Of a stretch of 64,000 nucleotides of DNA, positions 1-12,469 are shown one piece after another. Under the pieces are notes generated by a model. It had not been told where the DNA came from, ran no database searches, and saw only the letters and a program-made list of their open reading frames with translations. Numbering within the stretch: position 1 is the first letter of the stretch; each line of letters begins with the position of its first letter. Source of the stretch: Selaginella moellendorffii. Lineage: Eukaryota; Plantae; Lycopodiophyta. Position numbers and translations under genes: made by a program. The stretch covers positions 68,106 through 132,105 of the forward strand of contig NW_003314444.1 in assembly GCF_000143415.4 (NCBI RefSeq), given 5' to 3'.

Positions 1-1326
1 TTTGAGATAATCTTTTTTGGCCTTCCCCGCACTTGAACCACTTGTTTGAAGAACAGCTTCGCCACACCTTCCGCATCCACTTTCGTTGTGGTGGGTATGA
101 AATGTGCCATCTTTGAAAATTGGCCCACCACCACAAATATCGCATCAAACCCCTCACTTGGGGGGAGTCCTGTGATGAAGTCCATCGTAAGATATTTCCA
201 TGGACGATCTGGAATTGGGATGCTTTGTAACAAGCCCCTACTAGCCTTAGTTACGGCTTTGACTTGCTGACATGTTGGACATATCTTTACATAGTCTTGG
301 ACGTCCTTAGCCATATTTGGCTAGTGATACTTTCTCTTGAGTAAGCTCATCGTCTTGGGCACTCCCCCGTGTCCCGCAAGATGTCCGTCATGACACTCTT
401 CTAAGGCTACCTTTCTTAGTTCCCCTTTTGGAATATACACTTTCGTTTGTTTATAATAGATGAGTCCATTGCGTTCCATATAACCTGTTTTCTCTTCCGT
501 TGGCAACTCACCTCTCTGTCTTGGTTCCTTAGCAACACTTCTTGTGCTAGACTATCGTTCTCATATGTTGTTCGCACATCGTCCGAAAAGGTTGCTGTCG
601 CGCTAGATATTGCCAACTTCAAGCTTGCTTTTCAACTTAAAGCATCCGCCATGATGTTGCTCTTCCTAGTGTTATATACAATCTCACAATCAAACTCAGC
701 CAAAGCATTGGCCCACCGACCTTGTTTCTCTCTTAGGTCGGGTTGTGACAAGAAGTGTTTCATTGCCACATTATTCGTGTAAACTTTAAAGTGCCTCCCA
801 AGGTAGTGTCACCACTCCTTGAGTGCCTTGACCACCGCAAATAATTCCTTCTCATGGGCAGGCCACTTTTGCTAAGCCTTGTCCAACTTCTTTGAGAAGA
901 ATACCACTTGATGGTTGTCTTGCTTCAAAACTGCACCCAATGCAAAGTCCGAAGAATCCGTTTCTACTTCAAAGTCCTTACCAAAGTCGGGTAACACCAA
1001 CATGGGAGTCTTTCTCAACTTCCTTTTGAGGTGGACAAATGCTGGTTCGCATTCCATTGTCCATACTATCTTCCCTTTACCCATTTGGTCTGTTAAGGGC
1101 AAGGCTACTCTCAAATAGTGTTTAATAAACTTTCAGTAGTAGTTATATAGCCCCAAGAACACCCCCAACTCAGGTACATTTGATGGTCACTCTCATTCTT
1201 GGATCGCTTGGACCTTCTCAAAGTCCATTTTGAGCCCATCCTTGCCCATTACATGCCCGAAAAACTTTACCTCTTGTTGAGCAAAGTCACATTTGCTCTC
1301 TTTAACATATAGCTTGTGTTCCCTTT
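1..1326 (-). mobile_element. Ty3/Gypsy pol remnant (RT C-terminus, RNase H, integrase N-terminal half), degraded; runs off the window start
   Basis: Minus-strand translations give LYVKESKCDFAQQEVKFFGH (RT), ETDSSDFALGAVLKQ..FFSKKL and HEKEL (RNase H), HDGHLAGHGGVPKT (integrase zinc finger) and MDFITGLP. Domain order is RT-RH-INT, with in-frame stops. Confidence 0.92.
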
Positions 1327-1828
1327 NNNNNNNNNNNNNNNNNNNNNNNNNNNNNNNNNNNNNNNNNNNNNNNNNNNNNNNNNNNNNNNNNNNNNNNNNN
1401 NNNNNNNNNNNNNNNNNNNNNNNNNNCGATGAATATTGGCTTGGTGAAAAGGACGAATAAAGTTACGCATGATAGGGTTACTTAATTGTTGCAGCTCTAA
1501 ATCCAATATATGAAAGAAACATCTCCATGACATTGCTTCTTTTACAAACTGCCCTAAAGCCATGCTGACCAAGGCCTGTTGTAAACCAAGTCACTGGTTT
1601 CATTTCGTTTTCTACACAAGAAAAATGCGAATTCAAAGCAAACAAAATTTGTCTGTTAATTAAATTTTAAGTAGCCTTCTTGCTCACATCTTATCTTTTC
1701 GCTTCTGGCAGCAATCACCAAGAGGTAAAATAAAGAAGGAAAACCGGTTAAAAGGTAGCTAGCTAGCAGAAGAAATACTCCTCCCAAGAGCATAAAGATG
1801 ATTTGCCACCACAAAGAAACTGAGCCAA

Positions 1829-2464
1829 ATGATTGACAGATTCATGTTTATGTTCATGGTTTGTATAGGACTGGAAATGTGGATGAGTCCATCCCCTGGA
1901 CATACCTCAGGAGTCAATCTCCATGATTTTATCACTGAATTACAGAAATATAGTGATGTCAAGATCGTGAGCAGAGCTTTCAAGGAGTGGAGTATCAGGG
2001 AAGCAGCACACCAGAAAATATATGAAAGGAAGAATTTTGGAGGACAAAAGATGCGTGTGGCATTTACGAATTCTTTTGGCTGCTCCACAAGAACTCAGGG
2101 TTGGCTTGAACAAAAACGAAATACATACTTTTTGAACAAAGCCGTCCATGAAGCTGATTGTGTGAGGCTCGCAAAGATGGTTGGAGAATTGGAGCTGAGA
2201 TTGTGTCTAGAAAAACTGGTTTGATTTGAAAACAATAGCTAAGTTTTGCAAGTGGATCCAAAAGTTTTGGAAAATGAGTTGTTCTTTATGGCAAATCTCC
2301 TCGCAAGATCATTCATTCATACTCCATCAAATTTCAAGCAAGCGGTTCTGGCTATCTACCATCCAATCCCTACAAAGCGTTTAATTGAAATGAAACGATC
2401 AGTGATTCTTGCTGCCTTGAACTTTGTCCAAAGTTTGGACAAAAATTACAGCCAAAACTTTTGA
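1829..2464 (+). pseudogene. Unidentified protein-coding remnant (two ORFs, 131 and 72 aa, probably one interrupted frame)
   Basis: Protein-like composition (RVAFTNSFGC..GWLE..YFLNKAV; ANLLARSFIHTPSNFKQAVLAIYHP), in the same frame across a stop at 2222-2224. No family recognised. Confidence 0.35.
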
Positions 2465-2919
2465 GTTTCTGGATTCAAACCTAGCCTAGTACGAAGCATG
2501 CAACCTCCAGAGCTCTGGCTGGAACATGGAACTTTGTTTTTTTGAGAGGGATGGAGGTCTGAACCAGCTCAGTGCTCTCCCAATAGCCAGGTCCCTTGTG
2601 TTGCTCAGAAAACATGAACGTCACATGCTCCAGGCAGAGTTCTGTTTGAATAGATAACTAAGTAAATAACTAAACCAATTTAACCATAAATGTTTCTCAA
2701 GATCCTCTCAACCTGGGCCAGACACGAAGTTATGGATTAAATTCCCCAGTGACGTCTCAGGATCCCAGAAGTGACCTGATATATAAATACCTACACTAGC
2801 TGGGATCAGTGGCGGGTTTTTTATATCCATTTGCCAGTTGGTCAGAATACGAATTTGTTTATAGTTGAGTTGTCATTAAATTGGAAAACAAAGTAGAAAC
2901 CTAAAGCGCAGGGTTGCGT

Positions 2920-5739
2920 ATGGGGCAATTTCGTATACGAGTGCATCTGCGTTTGAGACCGTCGGACAAACACTCTTCTCATTTTCATCTGGAGCATAAG
3001 GCTAATGGCTTGCCATCAATCGTCCGGGTTAACCTTCTCAAGCATGAAAAGATCGTTTCGAAGCACTTCAAGGAAGAAGTGTGCTTCAATTTCGACAGCA
3101 TTATCGAAGTAAGTAGCCTCTAGGTAAGAAGTTGAACTTTACTTTTGCTTGCGTCCAGGGAGCCACTCAAGAAGCCGTATTTGAAAGATGTGCAGCTCCA
3201 GCACTAACAGATGTACTCAATGGCTACAATGGCAACATTGTTGCTTATGGACAAGTTGGATCTGGAAAGACGTTCACAATGGCTGGGGAAACAAAAGTTC
3301 GTTTTCTTATTTCCATCCCGCACATAAAGGCTTACGAGGTAAAATGTGGCAATCAGCCTTTTGTTCACAGTGGAGTTATTCCTCGATGTATCAACCGTCT
3401 TTTCGAAGAAAAAGAATCTAAGCCTGAAGCTGAGATCACAATTCATGTTTCTTATCTAGAAATATATAATGAAGTTAGTCTGAACAAAGGCCTTCTTTAT
3501 TTTCTTTAATCTTCCTACTTCCAGGTTGTATATGATCTTCTGATGAAAAATCAAGCTGCAAGCAACTTAGTACTGATGGAAGGGAGAGGCATAATGGAAG
3601 TCAAAGGCCTTCGCAAGACTCTTTGCCGAACTGAAGCTGATGCTATGAAGCTTCTATTTGAAGGAGGGCGGAGGAGGTCGGTCGCAAGCCATCCACTCAG
3701 CCGGGTATGTTCGTAAACCTGATTATATCTTCCCTTTTAAAAAATGGAGATATGCGTAATCAATGACCCATTTCAGGCGTCTAGTAGATCACATACCGTG
3801 TTTACATTGTATGTGGAACGACATGCTGGGCTCAAGTCTCTTCCAGAAAGAACTGCTGCAAGGTTGAATTTGATCGATCTCGCTGGGTTGGAGCGGTTCA
3901 GAGGTTTTAAGCCACCAGATCCACTAATGAGGGAAGCCATGTCCATAAACAAGTCACTTACGTTTCTAGAACAGGTAAAAAAGCTTTTTTGCACATATAA
4001 TTAATTTAGGTTCATTTCAGGCTGTTCTAGAGCTAAGAAGGGGGCAGAACCACATTTCTTTCAGGCAAAGTCGGTTAACAGCCTTCCTTCGGGATGCGAT
4101 TGTAGGAAACGGGAAAACAGTTTTAATCGTCTGTGCAGTACCAGAGGATGATTACCTTGATGAGACGGTATGGCTTTTTTTCTTATCAAATTAAAGTTCT
4201 TTATTTAATCACGTGCTGTATGACATCAGATTAGCGTCTTTAAATTTGCAAAACGTCTTAGAGAACTAAAGACTAAAGCTGTGATAAACAAAGTTTTGGA
4301 TCCAATTTACAAAGAACGGTACACATGCACTCCATGAAACGCTCCATAATTTCTACCGCATAACAGGAAGTATGAGAAGCGCATCCTTGAGCTTAAGCAG
4401 GAGCTTGCTTTAAAAGATGCACTGAATGGCCATGCGAACATTTCTTATGAGGAAATGAAGTAAGATTATTGTCAGAACCTCAATATTATTACTTTTATTA
4501 CTGCCCGTGGACGACCAGTGATGATTTGAAGATGGAACTTCAAGCGTCAGTCAAGCATTTCCTCGCTGATGGTGGGACCATCAATGACATTCCAGTGGAC
4601 ACACTATCTCAAGTAACTAGGTCCTCAATGATTATGTATGTTTCTAAAGAATATTCTTGGGCAGGTGAGGGAGATTTTCAACATTTTTAAGGAAGCACAA
4701 CTTAGTCTAAAACAACAAGAAGTGAGTTTTTCTCAGAAAGCTCACCTATAGACTTGCCTAAAGTATAATGATCAGGTCAGTAAAGGACAAACGGATTGCA
4801 CTGCAGGTATAGAACATCCAGATGATATTCTTGCTGCTCAACCATGTTCAACTGAGGGAGTGGGTGAGCTGGATGGTCAGGTATTTCTGGTTACAATAGT
4901 TTGAGCTTTTACCTTAAACTATATTAGTAGAGCTTCCATGTTGGCGAGGCACCACTGGATGCGAAGCCTGACTTGCAAGATATTTTAATTCTGCCTGTAG
5001 TAAAGGATCCTGATCAAGAAGTTGCTTCTGTTCTGCAATCTCGTTCTGTCAAAGAAGAACCAAGTCCAGACACAAAGAATGCGGTAAGGGTATCGAATTG
5101 TGTATCATGGTTATGCAGATTGTTTGTTTGGCAGGCCTTTATTCACTACAAAAAGAATGTAGCTGAGGGTCAGCAATTTGAGTCACTGATAAAAGACAAA
5201 ACTATTGAACTAAGGTACCCGAAAGTTTGTACGTACTTTTATGTCTTTCCAACAGGCTCAAGAGAAAATTTGCACATGAGACGCAAGCTCATATTCAGGG
5301 CGGCAGACAGGAAATTAGTGACCTGAATGTAAGAATCTGTTTATCTTTTTTCTCCAGTGTTGCTTAGTACGTGACAGCGAGTGTAGTGTCTGCTTGACGA
5401 ACGCTCAAGCAGAGCAGTACTTTTTGAAGAGAATCAAGTCCTTGTGGTAAATGAAAGAAAGGAAATTTCTCAAAGGTGAAATACAATTAGAATAAAGCTC
5501 TTTAGTTCTAACAAGAGTACAGGCTCAGAAATGTCAAATCGGAGTATCGTACGGCATTTGAAGCTCTCAAGCAGGTCAAAAGGGAAATTGATCATGTCAA
5601 CCAAGAGGTAAGGATTCTCTACTTTGTATCCATTTGGTCGAATTGTTTGTTGTCGAATTGCTTATAGATACGAGAGCTTAAAAGAAACTTGCTGGAATCA
5701 TTCTACAAGTGGTTTGAAACGCATAAAAAATCTATGTAA
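2920..5739 (+). CDS. Multi-exon N-terminal-motor kinesin, probably kinesin-9 (KIF6/KIF9/KLP1-like)
   Basis: IRVHLRLRP, GYNGNIVAYGQVGSGKTFTM (P-loop), SYLEIYNE, SSRSH, LIDLAGLER, INKSLTFLEQ, RQSRLTSLLRD, then coiled coil ELKQELALKD..SYEEM..VREIF. GT-AG introns of ~50 bp (first is 3109-3158); stop TAA at 5737-5739. Confidence 0.88.
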
Positions 5740-5809
5740 ATTTAAACGTAGTTTTGTAACAGAGCTATTGTCAATGTAGATTTTTAAATTAGAGGCTAAA
5801 GCTCCTTAA

Positions 5810-8100
5810 TTTAGCCATAAAGCAAAAGCACAAATTTTCCCTCCCCTGGTCCATGTACAAACCAGCTGCAAGATGGGCACTGATTTCAAGGAAGAGAGAT
5901 ATTTGGATGTTAATTCCCATCTAAAGGAAAACATTCTAACAGCGCCTCTTGTGAGACTAACACTACCTCGTGCAAGATCAACAACACAATGGAAGGGCAC
6001 TTCCCTCGAGTATTTTTTCTAAGGGAAGGCATGTCCTACCGTCCTCCACAAACTCACTAAATTGGAAGGAACCAAAACAAACATGAGGAATTATCTATAA
6101 TGGTTTAGATGGTGGAGAATTAGCTGCACATGGGACGCCATGGTATTTGAGTATTTATCCCCATCCTCTTGACTGAGATCCTCTTCATCTGGTTGTATCC
6201 TATTCATAGGCACATAAAGCTTTCTTTTCGCCAGAAGCTATGTCTGCGACGGATCTCTCATGAGAAAAAGCTCCCATTGCAGTGAGATCTGAACGTGCTC
6301 TGCCAGTTGCCAGGTCCCAGGCATTAGCTTCTGCATTGCGAGTTCTTTTTAATTAAACAAAGAAACTACCATGCTGGCAAAGCGCAAAGACGGGCTTGTT
6401 ATTGATACCCGATAGAAATAGATACTGATTGCGGTAACACCGTCATATGTTGAATCCGCTAAGAAGTAACATGACAACTTTCGGCAAAAATATTGGAGGA
6501 TAATAGTTTAGAACGCATAGTCAGGTGCCTGAGTCATCGGGCTGGAAGGAACTCTTGAGAGCAACCCCAAGTCTCACTTAAGAGCCTCATTGGTATGCAA
6601 GACGAGAACTGGCTTCTATCTGCTGATGAATAGATAACAATGTGAAAAAAAAAGACTGAGAAGAAATTAAGGCTAAGTACTTATTTCTTTGTGACACTTG
6701 CATTTATTTTTGAGCAATTAAGAGAAATGTAATGTTTGTAGCTAGTTTCTGTCACCATAAATAACCAATTTGGAATATAACTTGCTGGATCGAGAAGAAA
6801 GTATGTTCCAGAAAAAGTGCAAAGCTCAGTGATGAACCGATTTGAACATAAGGAAGGCACCAATTGCACTATAAAAAGAAAAAAACTTACAAAACCATAT
6901 AATCTTCATTAGGCCATGAAGAGCTCTTGCAAACCAAATTTGCTTGGATCTCCTACACCATGAGAGCTGGAAGAGAATGAGAAATTCATAGCGCAAGCAC
7001 TGGACTTGGCGGTCGTCAGAAACTGGTAAAAGAAAGGTATCCCTGTACTCAAACTCCTTGGGATCCAGCCATAGTGATTGAGATTGCCGAAATGCGGTCT
7101 TGATTGCTTCAAAGACTGGTCCACTAGGATCATACCTCCTGGTCTGGGAGGCTAAGTCAGGAAGTTCATCTTCTTCATTTTCATTGCTGGAGACAACAAT
7201 GATTTCTTCCTTCAATCCCTGACTTATAGTTGGCTGAGGCACCCTCATCAAAACGCTTTGGAGATCCTGTGACAAAAATCTCATGACCACTGAATCCCAT
7301 CCTCTCCTACACCGCTATCAAGGAAGATTGACTTTTCTACCAGATTACAAGGATTCTCAATATAAATAGAACTGAGCTTCAATTTGAATCTTCTACAAAG
7401 GAAACTTTCTCTTAGAACACTTTAGGAAAGATTATCAGAGGCTTCTGATCAAACTTCAAATGAAACTCTCTTATTGCATTAGGTCACTCAAACACTTAGA
7501 AAACTTTTGGGAAGAAACTGACAGTGAAGAACAAGGATATTTGTTCTTGATTGAGTGGAAAAGGAATTTAAGATTTGCTTCTAAAGCATTGAATGATTGT
7601 GTCCTTGTAAAGACACATCACATCTTTGTTCATAGTGGATTTTTCCAATAAATATATCCTACAGCTTGCAAATTAAGGTACTGAAGAAAAGATTACAGAA
7701 GCTAAGAAGCTACCCATTTAATAGCAACATTGAAAGAATGAAATTTAACTTTGTCGCATCCTAATTGTTGATTTTTAGGGTTTGATGGCTAGCATTTGAG
7801 AAGGGATGTGCAGGGAGTTTCTAGCAGGGAAAAGTGAGAGAAAGGCACTTCAATCTTGCAATGTGCTTCAATCTCTAGTGATCTAGATAAAGAAAGATGC
7901 TTCTCAATCATGGTATGCCTTAAGCTTCTTTTCAAAGTCCTCTACTACTTCTCGATCTCCCCATTTGTTGCTCTCAAGTCGCTGCTCGTGGCTTGTGGCT
8001 CACAGGTTTTTCTTTCCTTGGCACTGGAAAGATGCCTATTTTTTGGCTTCTTTATTTTTTCTTTTCCAACTTCTTATAGCATTTACTAAAGAGTTTTGAT
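5810..8100 (-). pseudogene. Degraded, intron-containing coding-like region of unknown function
   Basis: 154-aa ORF at 6826-7290 (..WLDPKEFEYRDTFLLPVSDDRQ) plus flanking coding-like blocks with stops and short AT-rich intron-like spacers. No family recognised; boundaries approximate. Confidence 0.3.
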
Positions 8101-8245
8101 TGTCTTTTTGGAGATACATAAATCATGCCACAACAGAAGAAGCATNNNNNNNNNNNNNNNNNNNNNNNNNNNNNNNNNNNNNNNNNNNNNNNNNNNNNNN
8201 NNNNNNNNNNNNNNNNNNNNNNNNNNNNNNNNNNNNNNNNNNNNN

Positions 8246-8415
8246 CCCGAGAGGTCACCCCAACCCAGTATTATTCAAACCCCGGATATCCCAAGACTCT
8301 TAACTGATTTAAAAAGGGGTGCACTTTTGTTCATCGGCCCTTTCCCTTAATATTCAAACCCCTATTGATTGTCTCTTGAGTTGTTCCCTTTGGTTGCTTA
8401 CAAAAATGTGCTACA
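8246..8415 (-). mobile_element. LTR-like fragment carrying a 5S rRNA internal-promoter segment (Cassandra-like), cut by a gap
   Basis: Minus strand starts TGTAGCAC at 8415. At 8305-8246 it reads AGTTAAGAGTCTTGGG..AATAATACTGGGTTGGGGTGACCTCTCGGG, resembling the plant 5S A-box/IE/C-box stretch AGTTAAGCGTGCTTGGG..AGTAGTACTAGGATGGGTGACCTCCTGGG. Confidence 0.55.
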
Positions 8416-8489
8416 TTAAGGTATGAATAGTGGGATTTATATCTTCCATTGGTGTACTTCACCTACATTAATAGCCAATATAGTGGAAT

Positions 8490-8870
8490 GTCTTTGCTTT
8501 GCCATGTTTGAAAGGCATCCCAAAATAGTATTAGAGGTGGGATTGCATTTGAGCAAGGATGTTCAAGACAAACTTGATTTAAGGCAACTGATTTAGCCAC
8601 AAAACTTGATGAAATTCTAGTGGTATCCAAATGGAATTTGCAAGTGGCTCAAAATAGAGAGGAGAAGTTTTCTAATGAGCACCACTAATTCTAGGAATAT
8701 AAGGTGGGAGATTTTGTCTTTGTGCAACTGATCTATTAGGTGAGCAGTAGAATGTTTTTTGCTTTTGTATAGTAAGAAGAGTGACAGACTTTCTCACATA
8801 TATGCCGATGTGTGTGAAATGTTGGAGCCCATTGGTAAGACAGATTATCAAGTGCAACTGTCAACTAGAG
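8490..8870 (+). mobile_element. Degraded Ty3 integrase C-terminal fragment, same family as the element at 24522-28760
   Basis: gccatgtttgaaaggcatcc..ttgcatttgagcaaggatgttcaagacaaacttgat..ggaatataaggtggg aligns by eye with 28498-28745. Confidence 0.8.
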
Positions 8871-8932
8871 TAAAATTTATTCTTTCTGTGTGTTTTGCTT
8901 GCTAGGCTTAAGCTTTTGGTGGCACTGTACAG

Positions 8933-9237
8933 GGACATTTAAGCTGACAATGTAATTCATAGAGGACTATCCCAACAAACCTCCCACTATGAGGTTTGTT
9001 TCCAAGATGTTCCATAGTGAGTCCCTTTTTTTATTTTCTTCTTTTTCTTACTCATCTCTTCACAATTTATGCTGACAGAAGTATCTGCAAAATCAATGGA
9101 GTCTGATCTATGATGTTGTGGCAATTCTTACATCCATACAGATTTGGTTTTTTTTCTCACCTTTTTTGGAATAGACTTTCTTACACTTGCAATCACTGCT
9201 TTGTAATCCTAACCCAAACTCGCTAGCAAATTCCAAA
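8933..9237 (+). pseudogene. UBC2: RAD6/UBC1-2-type ubiquitin-conjugating enzyme E2 fragment (three eroded exons)
   Basis: Translates to [27 protein letters not shown] / IYADRSIC..NQWSLIYDVVAILTSIQ / SLLCNPNPNSLANS, separated by short pyrimidine-rich intron remnants. Has an internal stop and a deletion just after the catalytic Cys. Confidence 0.9.
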
Positions 9238-10193
9238 CTGTGTAAGGGATCAGAGCATCGACTGTGCACTAGATTCAACCAAGAGTACAGTTCTTAGCCA
9301 GGACTTACGACCAAACACTTCAATCATGACATGGATTATTATCATAGCAAGGTCTATCACTGACTTAAAGGTATACAGCCATTTCTCCAAATGATTTTTA
9401 CCACCTGTTGAATTTAGTTGCATGAGAATCCTCTAAGAATATTAAGAGCCCAAGTGCTAACATAAGTATCGAACTTGGACAAGTTGAGAGTTCCTTGTAG
9501 GAGGTTATAGAAAGAAACTTCAAACCATTACCATGTCAAGAGCAATGACTTCACTTTCACTCAATGTTTCCCAAAGCCTTTTTATGAAATGTAATGGAGA
9601 AGCACCTGTCTGTAGACACTTTGAAAGCTAAACCACATTCCCAGTAAATCAGAACCTACTTTAATTTCTCTGATAATGAGTAAACCAAAATAATCGTACT
9701 CTTGCCAAACAAATATACTCTTTACTTGCAAATCAAGTCATTGTTCTTCTCTTTGGTGGAGCATTTCTTTCTCTAAATGCACACAAACTTTACACTATAA
9801 TTAAAAATTGCTTTATGCTTGAATGAAAGTGGGCTTCCAGTTCATGCATAGAATCAACACAATTTCTGCAAATGAGAAATATAAAAAGACTTACTTTTAA
9901 TTAATAATTATGAAAATTTGGTTTATTCTGCTTTCTTATTTCTTATAAAAGGTTTTAAAATAGTATTAGTCTTATTTTTATGCTCTTAATATGCTTTAAA
10001 CTTATTAGCACTAAACATTACTCCAAAAACTACTCTCTCCATCACTCATATAAAGTTTTACAACTATACCATCAACTATTTAAAACTATTCATTTCAACA
10101 ATTATTTTTAATATCTAAAGAAATCACTAAAAAATATGTTAAAAATAATTAAATTTTCTTTTGGAATTGTTTCATATTATTTTAATCTATATT

Positions 10194-10220
10194 TTCCAGC
10201 GGAGCTGGAATCCTAGCTAG
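10194..10220 (+). mobile_element. Helitron 3' terminus (hairpin + CTAG|T) of a non-autonomous element; 5' end not located
   Basis: TTCCAGC-GGA-GCTGGAA hairpin, CTAG at 10217-10220, T at 10221. Same motif and spacing as the terminus beside RepHel (30879). The upstream AT-rich stretch resembles 47930-48010. Confidence 0.8.
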
Positions 10221-10229
10221 TAATCATCA

Positions 10230-12239
10230 TCATACTCCCTTATTTAAAAGTGCTATTGGCATATTAACTTGTATTTGGTTTCTTTTTTAAATAATCTTAT
10301 GATACTTATTACATTTTCATCAATGAATCTAATCACATTGAGTTGTCATTTAGCTCATATATAGTCTAAGATTTATGCAATATCATAAAGCTATAATACT
10401 ATTTTTAAGACTAATAATTTGTGCATTGATAATGAAAAATAAATAAATAAATAAAATGACATAAAAGTAAAAATATAATTCAGAAAAAATTAGACACAAT
10501 ACAAAATGCTACCATCTAAGAAAAGGTGATACATCATCACTTAAACTTTATTATTATTAAATTAATATATGGAACATTCTTAAACTTTCTGATATGTTAT
10601 GGTTTTAGGGAAAGAAAAAGTAAACATAAAGGTAATAATCTTAATTCATTATCTCTATATAAAAAAAAATACAGAAAGAATGTTAATTAAATATAATATA
10701 ATAAACTAACTTTTAATTAGTACTCTTGAAAAGTAAAAATATAATTATTATGAAGGGAGAGGATTACGAATACAAATATACTATAATATTATGAAGTTAT
10801 AAAATAACAATTATACGAAGTACTTATAGAGAAATTATTTTAGATATATTTTCTAAAAAACTAAATAAATTTATAAACATAAAATAAATTTAAAGTAGAA
10901 TATAGAGAAAATATTGTCTATAAAAATATGATATATTATATCTTAAAATATAGGACTTAATAGGTCTGGCTATTTCTTGTTTAAAATAATTTGGTTTTTA
11001 ACAGTAGTCTTATGGGAATTATTAATACATAAATGAAATTGAGCACATTAAGATGTCATGGCTAAGTTATATTCTATGATTTATATAATATCAAAAGTTT
11101 CTTACACTTTTCTTTACATTGCATTTATACATGAAAAACGTAATAAGGTATAAATATGATAAAGAAAACATTAGTACATGGACCATATAAAGAAATTCGA
11201 TTCACCATGAATTGAAATTTAATTATATTAGATCTATCTATATACCATTCATGAATTTTCTGATATATTATAGTTCTAGCATAAAACAAAATTACATATC
11301 ATCAAACCCTACTCCATCCTAGTATAGAGTAAAACATTACCATTCATTTATCATTCTAAAAATTCATCTTTTATAACATTGTTATAAAGGATTAATTTTA
11401 AATATAAATACATGAATATAGAGAGACAATAATCTTATTTCAGATTAGCATTCACTCTCTCTCTCTCTGTATATATATATATATTTATTTATATACATAT
11501 ATAATAATATATAAAAGATTAATGTTTATTATAAAAGAGATAATTCTTCATATTTTAAATATTAGTCTCAAAATGAATGAACATAAATATTAGGATAAAA
11601 AGGGAATATAGAAAATAAATATTTGAAATAATAAAGTTTCTTAAATTAAAATATGACACATAAAGGTAACATTTATCACTTAGTATCATGCAATTTCAAA
11701 ACTTTCAATGTGGAAAGATGCAAAACTAAACTCTATAACAATTTTTTATTTTATAAATTTACAAGATGTATGTATTTTAAATGAGTTTTAAATCTATATT
11801 TTTTGACATCATTATATTTTAGTGTATTTAAGTAATACTTACTTTATTTACAGGAAAAATTATAGAGTTTGAATGAATCATCAAGAAATAATATTTTTTA
11901 TGAATTATATAGATTTCAAGTAATAGAAAAAATTAGTTACCAAACCTCAATCTCTAAATGACTCATCTAGCTATGGGATCCCATAGGGAGCAATTCCATT
12001 TATAAAAGTTCTAAGCCTTCACTCAACATTCAGAGTTTTAAATATGATATGATGTTATGAGTTATATTTATATTATGTTATAATGTGTGTTGGTGGTAGA
12101 GTCAATTTTAGAAGGGATTTTTAATATAAAGATTATATTATGTTTTATTATTCTGATTTTGTTAAAAATTACAATTATGTTTTCAACTCTTTGTCAGAAT
12201 TAAACACAATGCTCTCAGTGTACTTGAGAGTTTTGCTAG
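10230..12239 (+). mobile_element. Non-autonomous AT-rich Helitron (second family), ~2.0 kb
   Basis: 5' A|TCATACTCCCTTATTTAAAAGTGCTATTG; 3' hairpin CTCTCA-gtgtact-TGAGAG (12212-12230), CTAG at 12236-12239, then T. No ORFs. Confidence 0.62.
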
Positions 12240-12469
12240 TACTCCCCTATTTAAAAGTGCTATTGCCATATGACATCTGGCATCATTTATTCCATTTTTA
12301 GAATATTATTTGTGAATATGCTTATAATCTAACGGTTCAAATTCAAAAACTTAAAAAATTGACAAGATGTCAATCCATTGGTGATGAGAAGTCTCAAAAG
12401 TTCCAAAACATTTTGTGATCTAAGTCACAAGTATGGAATTTGGCAATTTAGAAATCTATTGTTCAATGG

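Noticed and set aside
6826-7290. Possible Ulp1 protease or transposon accessory gene
   Set aside because: No catalytic His/Asp/Cys motifs found; left as unknown.
11972-11985. Perfect palindrome TATGGGATCCCATA next to a CTAG
   Set aside because: Could be a minus-strand Helitron end, but it has no loop, the spacing is unlike the other termini, and nothing else supports it.
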